From the NCBI GenBank assembly GCA_002633005.1, contig NMRA01000188.1, forward strand, positions 162,853 to 226,852: 64,000 nucleotides of DNA. Reading direction: 5' to 3'. Source of the DNA: Phoronis australis. Lineage: Eukaryota > Animalia > Phoronida. Position numbers and translations under genes: made by a program. The notes beneath the pieces are model-generated. The model made no database searches. It saw nothing but the letters and a program-made list of their open reading frames with translations, and was not told the origin of the DNA. This document shows, piece by piece, positions 1-11,200 of the stretch (position 1 is the first letter of the stretch; each line of letters opens with the position of its first letter).

Positions 1-678
1 GTTTTGCGACTGACCTATTTTTCCCGTACTTGGAAGGTATTGGAGAGCAGACTCGCGATTACCCGAGTTAGTTTGAATCGTTAACGACTTTGATGACGGT
101 CAGTAGCAGACCAACCTCCCGTTCAGTAACGCTAAGACCTCGCTAAAAAGCAAGACTTCGCGAGATTACGCGAGATATTACCGTGCATTTTAATGAGAGC
201 ACGTGACTATGACTAGGTTTTAGCTAGGTCCTAGCGTAGGTCCTAGCGTCTACTGAACGCACGCCAGATCTAACAAAATCCCGGATACTTTTTCAACGGC
301 ATTTTCTCCCTTTTCACATCGCAAATTTAGCTACTCGAATGCACAAGTCAGTTAGAGAGCACTGATTCAACTTTCACGCCGGCAACTTGCCTTGCGCTCT
401 AGAGACTTTCAATGGCGGTCGTGAAGAACAGTAAGGCCGTACCTGCATGAATGAAGTCAATTTTGAGATACGAAATTTGTGAGTATTTGACGCTGCAGGT
501 AAGAGCATAATCTAAACATTTTCTCGATGATCTAAAAAATCTATTTTGGCGTGTAAAAATGGCGGGAAAATTTTGCGACCTGGCATTTACGAATGCGAGC
601 TGGATTTTGAAAATGCGACCTGGGATTTTGGCTTGGTCGCAAAATGCGACCTGGCGATTTTAATAGCGTCGAGCCCTG
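1..678. mobile_element. Right part of a putative non-autonomous TIR DNA transposon (hAT-like end) in macoilin intron 1
   Basis: CpG-rich tract ending ...GCGTCGAGCCCTG (reverse complement CAGGGCTCGAC, a hAT-like terminus), with 4-5 subterminal GCGACCTGG repeats at 575-655. The other end is not in the window. Confidence 0.4.
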
Positions 679-3600
679 GTTTACATTTTGAAACCGTAAA
701 CCTTTGAGTATTATATGTGAAAGCAAAACTTACACTATCAAGTAAACCAGGAAATTGTCTTAACCCACACCTTATAGAATATGACACAACCAGACAAGGA
801 TCTTTTCTACATCACCAATTTAAAACGTGCACATTTAACTTAAAATAACTGAAATGGAAAGGGCCATTCACAGTTATCCCCACGTTCTAACAAAAAGTAC
901 AACTAACACCTCTCTCCCCAGAAGTGTACAAAAATGCTTACAAGTAGATCAGCCATAACAAAAGTGCCTGGGTGTTCCCAAAAGGGATCATAGTGACAAA
1001 AAGCTGTTGGGTAATAGGTCATTTTTTAACAATGTCAAGTAGTAATGACCAAAGCAAATGTCTTCTCATATACCAATTTTCATGACGTGGGAAGTGAACC
1101 CTTGCAGGAAGCTCCAATCCCCAACCCACTTCCTGAATTAAGACTATGTTTTACACACCTGTGAAAATGGCAATAACTGTGAACAGTTAATATGCCGCCA
1201 CTGAGACAATGTATTTAACTAGAAAACAAGAAGTCTAAAAGGGACTATTGTTTTTGCAGCCGAAAAATGCAATTTTATGATTACTGTTGAAAGGGAGGCA
1301 CTTCTTGACATTCTTAGCTTTGACCAGATCAGTTAAACAACAGAATCCGTTGTTTTCTGATTTTTACTACAAATCGTCAATAATCTGTTGTCTACCTGAC
1401 ATTTACTGAAATCAAGATCAGAGTCTTTACAATTTCAACATGCAATTTTAACTTAAGTGTAACTGAGCGAGTTATAAACATGTGCTTGTTGTTCAAAATA
1501 AGTGTTGGATAAAAATTTCATACAAATCCATCAATCTAACAAGAGAACAAAAAAATAGGACTTCATGTTTCAAAGGCTGGGTGATTGGTTTCAGGTTCAA
1601 CTAGCCAGTCTTTGCACACTGAGCGTGTACTTTTTGCCATCATTAAACTTGAATCAACACAGACTGACACACGTTTTGTCTTCAGATAGCAGCTAGCCAG
1701 AAGCAATTTGATAAAAATGACCTTGACATGATAGTACCATAAGTTATAACAAGGATGTTGTGCCACAAAAGACCAAGACTCCTAATCACAGTTCACATTA
1801 TTTTACTAAAAGAACTTGTGCGGCCAATCAACTGAAGTTGTAAGCAATTGTGCAATGACAGGAAGACTTCAGTTGGTATGCATTGGCAAAACATAGTGCA
1901 CTAGAATTTTAAATCTATTAACTTACCAGACACTGTAAAGTATACCCCATTGGTTTTTGAACAGAAAGGATGCAACATAATGGAAGCTTTATTGAACTGT
2001 GTTTCCTTGCTCAGTCCAGGCATCAGTGCATCACAACAACAACTGTCATGTACCAGACAGTGAACCACTGGCTCTTATTTTCTAAAACATTCATTCACTT
2101 TAAATTTTGTCAGGTTTGAAACTTTGTCTGCTTCGCTTTGATTCATGACAGTATTTATAGGGGGACAAAGGAAAAATTACCCAGGCCTGACTTCCCGAGA
2201 AAGAACCTCCTCTGAAAAGGGGTTCTAAAATATGAAGGGCAACTTTAAAAATGCTGGAAAAGACACTTAAATCCGTCATTCTCTGACCTTCCAATAGATG
2301 ACTTTCCTTAACTGAAAAAGGTTGAATGATTTCACAAAGACAGGAAAAGAGAGTCAATTAATACTGAGCACCAAGAGTAGTAAATAAAAAAACAGGAAAA
2401 GATGTTTTACTGTCTTCAGTATCTGCCCTGGTCTATTGAAAACGTGATACGTATGATACTGAAAGGAACTAATCACCTAAAATTCAGTATGCAATTTACA
2501 TTCTTCGGTTGTTTCCTTGAATGTATTTCCTGCTGTATGATGCTACACAAAAACAACCATGAAGAAAACAAGCAGTTCAGATAAATGTGTATTTAGACTG
2601 TTGACATGTCAGTGAAGGTAAACGAACCATAACAAACCATGACTGGTGAGGCTGGCCACTCCAAATAAAAACAGGTTAACCTAATTCTACATAAGAACCT
2701 AACCAACAAAGGAAATAGTACAGAAGTCAATATATGAAACACAAAAGGTAATGAATCAATGTGAATAAGTAGATTCCATAAATGACCTGGCTCTGACTAG
2801 GACCTTTCAGTGCCGGGGATAATTACAAGTTCTGCATTCCAAAAGCAGCATAAGCCAATGTCAAGGTTACCGTCAAAACAATATCAAGTACATCGTACTT
2901 AGAACATCATCTTGGAATCAAAGGATCATTATATGCTTCAGATGAAGCGTTTCACAACACTGACTGATTTTTTAACTACATAGACTAGTTCAGACCATAA
3001 TTTGAAACGTTTTATGTGTTCAATCCTGGAGATGTTCTGTTAAAAGCGAATTCATGACAAGAAAATCATATGACAAATTCAAACTCTCACCATATCTGCA
3101 AACACATTTATCAAATGAGAAGTCAGAACTGGCTAAAAAAGCAAGGAGTGAAACTACTGATATTTGCATGGCAATGAACTCTGACAATACTACGTCAGTT
3201 GATAATGTAGTTCTGAGTTAAAAAAAAAAGTGTATTAAAGCAACTGAAAGCAGTACTCAATAAAATATATAAGTTGTTTTGATTCCTCTCATTTTTGTAA
3301 ATTCTGCTATGATGAAAACATTTTAATTTTCATCGACTGAGCGGCTTAAAAAGGTGAAATATTATGTAAGCTTAATTAATAGTTTAGACGAACAACGACA
3401 TTCAAGAATGCATGACAATGCATCATGAAACGATTTAAAGGTAAAGAACAATATTTTTTGTGATATTTATGTTAGTCATCAATGATAGCAACAATTAACC
3501 ACAACACTACAATGTTTTACAATACTATTATCGTATCTTTATTCTGTTCAGTCTTAACTGTTCACCACTGTTCTACCTAGTCAACTAGCTGTATAACACA

Positions 3601-4693
3601 ACTAGGCAACAACGCAGGAAAATTTGATGTATACCTGGAAATTTCATACCGCGTTCCCGTAGTTCTGTTTATCACTGGTCATGAAACTTATGTCAAGATG
3701 TAGAGCTAACAACCAGATGGGATGCATGCAAAATCTGGGAGTCAAGCGACACTCACCTTGCTCGTTATTATGGTTCGACTGAAAATAATCTAATGCACAT
3801 CATTTTGTTGTACCATTCTCTGGTTTTTGAAACAAAAAAAAATCCATCGCCAATTTGAAAACAGTACCTATGCACTATGTACCAATTGCTAGACATTTTG
3901 CGACATCTGTCAAGAGACGATGACAACTTCACGGGATCAAAATTTGTTCAGAAATTTGGTTTGCTGGTAACGAATAAAATACCAACATCTTATAAAAAGT
4001 GAAACCTTTTGTTGTGACCTGTATTGGGCGAAATTCAGTCAATTGAAGAATCTGAGAAAAAACAAACTGGACAAAAGGTGATATTCTATTTTCTACGGCG
4101 CTACAGCTGATACGAGTTAGCACAAAGTTAGCAACAGCATAGTGGTTTTACGTCAACTTTATAACACACGTAACCTAATTCTTTTACTCAATGAAAAGTG
4201 TAGTTTTGAATTAAATACATTTTTAACTGCACTGTTCCAAAGCGGTTATTTATGCACTTTTGTACCAAACCAAGCCTACTGGCATTGCCAATTGCTCCTG
4301 TCATTCAGTTGACTCAACGGAATGCAGTTAGTGTTACTCAATGACAACAGAGAACACATGGATTCTTACATGGAGTCCATGAACTACACCTAATTACTGC
4401 AATGTTACCGACAATGTGCTCTGTTTAAATAGTATTTTGAAACAGCAGCCCACAAGCAATGGAGTGCTTCATGTTTGTAACAAACGAGTGCCAATCAAGC
4501 AGCATGTTACGCTTTGCAACGGCATTTCCTGCCAATAACATGAAACAAGCTAAACGCTGGAGACTAGAGCATGCTATTCAATCACCAGACCAATGTTAAG
4601 ACATAACAGTCAAGACCTAGAAACACTGGGATTCAAAAGCCCGGTGCTCAAGAGTATTCTTTTGTCGTGTCGGCCATGTTGAAAAAGTCTTAC

Positions 4694-4773
4694 CTTCCAT
4701 AAATTCCCTCGGTTATTTTGTTTCGCTTTACAGGACGCCGCAGCTTTCCATATTCGGCATTTCGCCGCTTCAT
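4694..4773 (-). CDS. MACO1: Macoilin (TMEM57), coding exon 1; gene continues left of the window
   Basis: Minus strand reads MKRRNAEYGKLRRPVKRNKITEGIYG(S) then a GTAAG donor. This matches the macoilin N-terminus as recalled (MKRRNADCSKLRRPLKRNRITEGIYGS); 80-nt exon ending in phase 2. An in-frame upstream ATG at 4785 would add MTVN. Exon 2 was not found in 1-4693. Confidence 0.9.
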
Positions 4774-5155
4774 ATTAACCGTCATACTTCTCTTATGCCC
4801 AAACCGGCAGCGTATGACAACTTTTCGCGATTTAACCTCAGAAAAGTGTTTTGTCTACACTCTATTTACTTCCAGCTTTCTGTTTCTGCGGATGTATATT
4901 CGGTGTATTATTGACGTCACATTCGCGAGTCTCCGTCGAGTATTTTAGACTGAAGTTCTCGATGAAGCATACAGAATTAAAGTCATGATAATTTTTTATA
5001 TGATGGAAGTAGATATCAAAAAAGTTGGCTTAATATACAAATAACTTGCACCTGTCCACTTTTTATGAACGTATTCGTAGCAGTTGTGTTTTACTTTTTC
5101 TTTAAATGTGTTATAGGCGATGTGAATCTTGTGCACTAGCGAGCGAGATTCCAAA
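4774..5155. promoter_or_regulatory. Bidirectional promoter region shared by macoilin and CCT8
   Basis: 382 bp between divergent start codons; CpG-enriched; palindromic CRE TGACGTCA at 4912-4919, TCGCGA sites near 4825 and 4923, YY1-like CAAAATGGCG over the CCT8 ATG. Confidence 0.7.
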
Positions 5156-5215
5156 ATGGCGATGCACTTACCTAGAGCGGGCGGCTTTCAAGGCATGCTA
5201 AAAGATGGTGCCAAG
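5156..5215 (+). CDS. CCT8: CCT8 exon 1
   Basis: MAMHLPRAGGFQGMLKDGAK | GTTTG. Confidence 0.92.
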
Positions 5216-8200
5216 GTTTGTTTTTGTCATTCAAGTTAGTTGTTTTGAATGGAAATCATTATTTTGGTAATTTTGTTCTTGGAGAATTCCTTTCAACACG
5301 TACATTTCGCCTTCCAGTCTGTAAAATCTCGCAGAAAATGTCGAGCAAACGGAACATGTGAATTTGCTTTGCCGACAACAGCGTCACCTACGTTCAACTT
5401 TGTTCTAGAACATTCAGTTATCAGAATTTCAGGAAGTCGTGGTATTAAACTGCAAAAACTTGACCCTTGAATTTAGTTGCAGTTGTGGAATCTGTTAGGT
5501 TGTTCAGTAGATAAAGTTATATACTAACATTACAACATCTGACCAAGGCAAGTCGAGCCATTTGCTAGACTTTCCAAGACTAAGTAGACACTAGACAGTG
5601 AGTAGGCAACACGTAGCCCCTCAGTTGGCCGGTTTGGAGCTACAATACTTCCTATCGCTTTCTGTACACATTTCGTTCTATGTATTCGTCCACCGATTTT
5701 GAGTTTTTACCTTGCAAAAAATACAGTCAGAGGCCCTAAAGTCGTGAGTGCCCTAAAGTCGTGAACGATCTTATTTCCTCTTCTGCGCGGTCCTGCGACA
5801 TCTGGCGTTGAAGTTTCCAGCGTTCGTCTGCTTACGAACGTCAAACGAACACCCGGACGTGTTCGTATTCACAATATGATAACAAACAGTGAGTGAGTGG
5901 CTTCTTTTTTCAACTGTATCTTAAAAACAGCATATTTCACTAATTCACTTTTTTGGGCATTTTTGGGATATATTTTCGAAAATATTTATCGTTCAGATTT
6001 ATTCAAACACGCGCTCCAGGGGTAGCTTGAATAATGTATCAAAATGTCCCAGGGTTGATCAAGTTTTGTAAGGCCAAAACAATAAAATACAGAGCAATAA
6101 TTGATGCTGGGTTCTTAGAGTTTTACGTGAACAACCTCATTGAAAACGTCTGTGCACGTCAAAGTTGGGTGCAAAACTTATAACAATTTATTTCAATTGA
6201 AACTGAATTAATAAACAATGCAATACATTTTTATGTCATCTAGAGTAACTGTACGCGCTGCAGTTGACTTGTGAGGTCTTACTTCATGTATTTCCGTCTA
6301 ACCGAAACGGTCACGACTTTAGGGCCTCATTCAAAATGGCCGCCGATATCAGTGACCGTTTCAAAACTCTGCTTACGGAGACAAACAAGGATTAAGATTG
6401 TCAAAACACGTATATTTGTGAAGGCTGATATATGTCCATGACATCACATGAGCAGTTGCTAACGGACATTGGGTAGTTTGACAATCGGCACTTATTATGC
6501 TTGTATTCACGACTTTAGGTCCCCGGTGTATACATTCTACACTCAAAACTATAAAAAATGAGCACAATGTCACATTTCTCTGGCCCGATTATTTCGAATA
6601 TATGTTTTATCTAGTGCACTGCAAACGGAAACTCTGTCTCTGAAAGTAGAGGTATTGACGCCCGCGGCGTTCTTAAGCTTTGCAAACATGGGAAGAAAAT
6701 AAAATGATAAAAACGTTCAAGTATTATATTTTGAAGTAAGTCCATGACTCGGGACAATAATTCATTACTTGTATTGTAATTCACATTGTCAAATGGTCCT
6801 GTGGTCAAAGTGTCGTTGTGCTCGTTGTGAGCATCATCTGTATCTAAAAGTCAGTAATCATGCGTTTCCTAACTCTGGGCGCTAAATCTTTAATTTTAAA
6901 AAGTCGGGGATGGGCACTTAACCGAGAGGTGGGTGCTTAACTAGAAATCTTCAAGAATCCCAGAGGGGCGGTTAAATCGAAAGTCCAACTAAAGTAGGGG
7001 GTGAGCTGTTCACTGAGCATGGGCGTTAACCCGAACGTTTTGGGTATGTTCCATTCATGAATGGGACAGTATGAGCGAACTTTTGGACGGATCCGACTAC
7101 CGGTGTGCCCCCTAGTGGCAATTTTAGTTTTTTACGCTTACCTTTGTTTCTTCAAAAGTCTTGTACGGATTTTCATGAAATTTGGTATTTTGGCACCTAT
7201 TAGTGAGATAGCGCTATCCTCCCATTTTCGGATGGATTCGAAGTAGTTTGCGCCACCTAGTGGCCATTTTTACCGTTTTCGTCCACCCCTCTATCAACCA
7301 AACCTCTTAAAGGGTGATTGTGAAAATTGGCATGTATGTGCTTACTATAAAGAGAACACTTGATGATGATTTTCCGATGATTTCGACTACTGTGGCGCCT
7401 CATAGTGGCAGTTTTGTTTTTGTTGCGCCTATGGCTGTATCTCCTAAACCATTCGCAGGATCTTTACTTAATTTAGCAAGTGTATTTATGTGATGTTGAC
7501 TACGGATGGCGACGACTTTCAGACAGATCTGACTTCTGCTGTGTCCCCTAGTGTCAATTTTATTTTTTTGCGTTTAACTTAGTATCTTCAAAGGTCCTCA
7601 ACAGATTTTCATAAAATTTTAAATATTGGCATCTATTGGTGTGATGATGCTATCTGCCTGTTTTTGGATGGAATCGAGGTATTTTGCACCACCTAGTGGC
7701 CACTTTTGCTCGTTTCAAATCTTGTTTTCCCTTAATCAACCAAATCATTTGAAAATTGGCATATATGTTCTCAGTGTGAAGACTACCTTTGATGATGGTG
7801 ACTGATTACTGTGGCGCCTCCTAGTGGTAGTTTTGTTTTGCACCCATAGTTGTATCTCTCAAACCCACTGCAGGATCTTTACTAAATTTAGTAAGTGTAT
7901 TTATATGAAGTTAGCAACAGACGACGACCTTTTTCAGGTGGATCCAAGGGACACTGTGCCAACTAGTGGCAATTTGATTTTATTCTGTTTTCCTTTGTTT
8001 CTCTGAAGTTCCTTGACAGATTTTTATGAAATATGGCATGTTTCTGTTTTTGGATGGATTGTATGTTTTTGCGCCATCTAGTTTCCATTTTTATGCACAA
8101 ATAAGCAACCCTGAAAGCACACCAGTTGCAATGCATTCGTGGGCGCATTTCAACACTCCGCGTTGCTCGATGCAGCAAAATCCAAACTCGTTATCGCGAC

Positions 8201-11200
8201 GAGTCAAAACAGGTCATGGAGAACTCTGTTATTGAAGGTGTTATCGAATCAAAAAAAGTTTCTGGAAAGTAAGACCTCATTTTTAAGTTTCATTTTTGAC
8301 AACGTGAAAACTTCTTACTTTATAGTCTGAATTCAATTACCATGGGGGTTCAGGTCAATACTGAGACCAGTAGGGAATAACGTTGCCCTTATGACAAACC
8401 AAACGGGGCAACGTGTTTGCCTTGGTTAAAAATATTGTGAGCAAAAATAAATAACTGGAAATGACATGTAAAAGAAACTCATTGATCATCATTCTGATGT
8501 TCAAGATACATTCATTTTCTGTTTACATAGCACTATTCAGGCCTTGAAGAAGCTGTGTACAAGAACATCGAAGCATGTAAAGAATTGGCCAAGACGACCA
8601 GGTCAGCATATGGACCTAATGGTAAGCTGGATCCTATAGGGTACACAACAGGACAGCACCTGTTTGCATGTTACTATTCAGTCTAATTTTATTTTGTATT
8701 GCTATGGTGATTGACAATGTCATTCATTTAGTCAAAGTCCCTCTTCGCCACTACTACTTATGTCAACTAACTCAAAAGTTGTGGTGTCACATTGCATTTG
8801 GCAACCTGGCAAAAATCCCAGGTTGTCAAACAAAATCTGAGGTCACCAAAACTGAAAATCTCGGGCAGGCGCCTAAATCAATTTACAGGTTTATTTATCC
8901 GGGACTCATAAAAGTTTGTCGACCAAAAACAATTCCTCCCGCCTGCGAACGAACATAGAATGCAGACGACTGCATGGGTTATTGGCGCGAATTTCGCTGA
9001 TCTTGACTGATCTTTGCCGAACAATTCCGATTTTGTCTATTTACTTCCTCTCGTAATTTAAATGTGGTGGGAAATGCGTGTAGAAGTGTTTCATCTGCTT
9101 TGCGGTTATGTACATCATACTTTGATTGAAGTGGGTAAATAGTACCATCCAAATGTCGTTTGCATAGTGACAAATAGGGGTCACTGGGTGGACCAGAAGT
9201 GATACAAAATTACTGGGATCAAAATGTGACACTAAAAGAATGGATGGGCTGCATTTTTGTTAGAAAACTGGAAGTTGATTACACATCAGGTTTTGAGTGA
9301 CTGAAATCTTACAGCCTGTGAAACCCAACTCACGTCTGCATCCTGGTGGTGATGAGTCGGGGAGGCTAGTACCGCCATGGAACACCTGACACGTGACCCA
9401 ACTTTGTCACAAGATGCAAAGTTTTATGTTCTCACTTTTCCACATTTGGTCTTGAATAATACCCATTGCTTTCAGATTCTAGCTCAAGGAAAATGAAAAT
9501 ATACAAATCTCAACTTTTGATTTATGTGGTCAGTTAGTCAGTTACATAGATCACCAATCACTGCTTAAGGCACTGAGGTATCTCACGAAATCACAAAAGC
9601 TGAAATTGTCTTCAAAAAATAAAATCAAAATGGGAAAGGAAATCAGTCTAAAACCTTGTCGATGAATTTTGATTTCAAAAATGAACCTCAGCCTTTTGTT
9701 TTGTTTTGACAAGGTAACTGGTTTAGAGGAGGCAGTGTGGCCTGGTTGACAAGTGCCCGCTTTCTTTACTCGAGGTCGTGGGTTCAAGTCCCACCAGGTC
9801 ACACTGCTAAACCCTTGAGCCAGGTTTCTAGCTCCTCAGCTTGGTTTTAACCAAATATTAATAAAGCATAAAAGTATTTCCAGGTGATAAGTGCAATGGG
9901 CCCACATGCGAGGCCTGCACGCGTCTGGTACAACGTGTATCAGACCGCCTGCAATTATTTTATAAACTGGTTTGCTTGACTTGAAGGTCTTTAATTCAAA
10001 GTAGATTACTTAGTTTGTAACGTATATCATTTCAGGTCAAAATAAAATGGTGATCAACCATTTAGAAAAGTTATTTGTGACAAACGATGCAGCCACTATA
10101 CTTAGGGAGTTGGAGGTAAGTTGAAGCCTAAGCTTTTTGAGGTATAATAAACCTACCGACTTCTGATTTAAGCCATTTACTGTTACAAAATGGGTCGCAT
10201 TTGGTCTAGTTATTTCTTATTCAGATAGGAAATGATTTCTAAGCTTTAACCAGGGTTTCATCCAAGATTTTAAAAACGACGTTAAAAATGGGTTTTCCAA
10301 TTTCTTAGAGCATACACGATTAATGACACATGGCTGTTGCTATCACCTGCTGTTATAGTGTGGTTACTCTCGAGTTCTGAATAGTTGTAGAGACTGCAAT
10401 AATAGTATACACTGGAAATTTTCACGATTTCTAATAATAGTATAGACCCGACATTTTTGCCACTAAAAAGTAGAATAATAGTATAGACTGGAAATTTGCA
10501 TCAAAGTTAATAATAGTATAGACCAGAAAATTGCATCAAAATTAATAACAGTATAGAATGGAATAATGGTATAGACGGCAAATTAGTTGAAATTAAAAGA
10601 TAGTATAAACTGGAATAATGATATTGATTACAAAGTTGAGTAAAATCTAATAATAATGATATAGAAGGGAATAATAGTGCAAAACAGCAAATTCTGGTGA
10701 ATGATGGTGTATACGGGAAATTTGTGGAAATTTAAAAATAGTGTAGACCGGAATAATATTGATTTCAAGATTTGCATTAAAATCTAACAATGTTTGAGTT
10801 TGAGAAACAGTTTGTTTTTATTTTTTTCTCCAAGTTCAGATTGAAAACTTTCATAAAAATTGATGAATAGTCATGTATATTTTTTACTTTTGTTATTCGA
10901 GTATTAGTATTAAAAATACGTGTACTAGTTCTGAATCAAAATACATGTAAAGCCTATGAGGTGCCATTTTGGAGGTCAAATTCAAATGGAAATATAAACC
11001 CAGTTGAAAATCTTATCACAGAAATAACTGCCCAACTCCATTTGGTTCTCAGAACAGTTGTGTAAGCTTTGAGTCTTTGCTTTTTTTTTTGTTAAAGAAC
11101 TGTTAAAAGATTCCACCTAGTTAAGCCAAATGTAAGTAACAAACAATTTTCAATCGTAGCAAGCCCAAATGTTTATTGGGTCGACAGGAAATTGATTGAG

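Noticed and set aside
9729-9800. tRNA gene
   Set aside because: A/B boxes are present but there are no acceptor or anticodon stems, and it continues into a SINE body.
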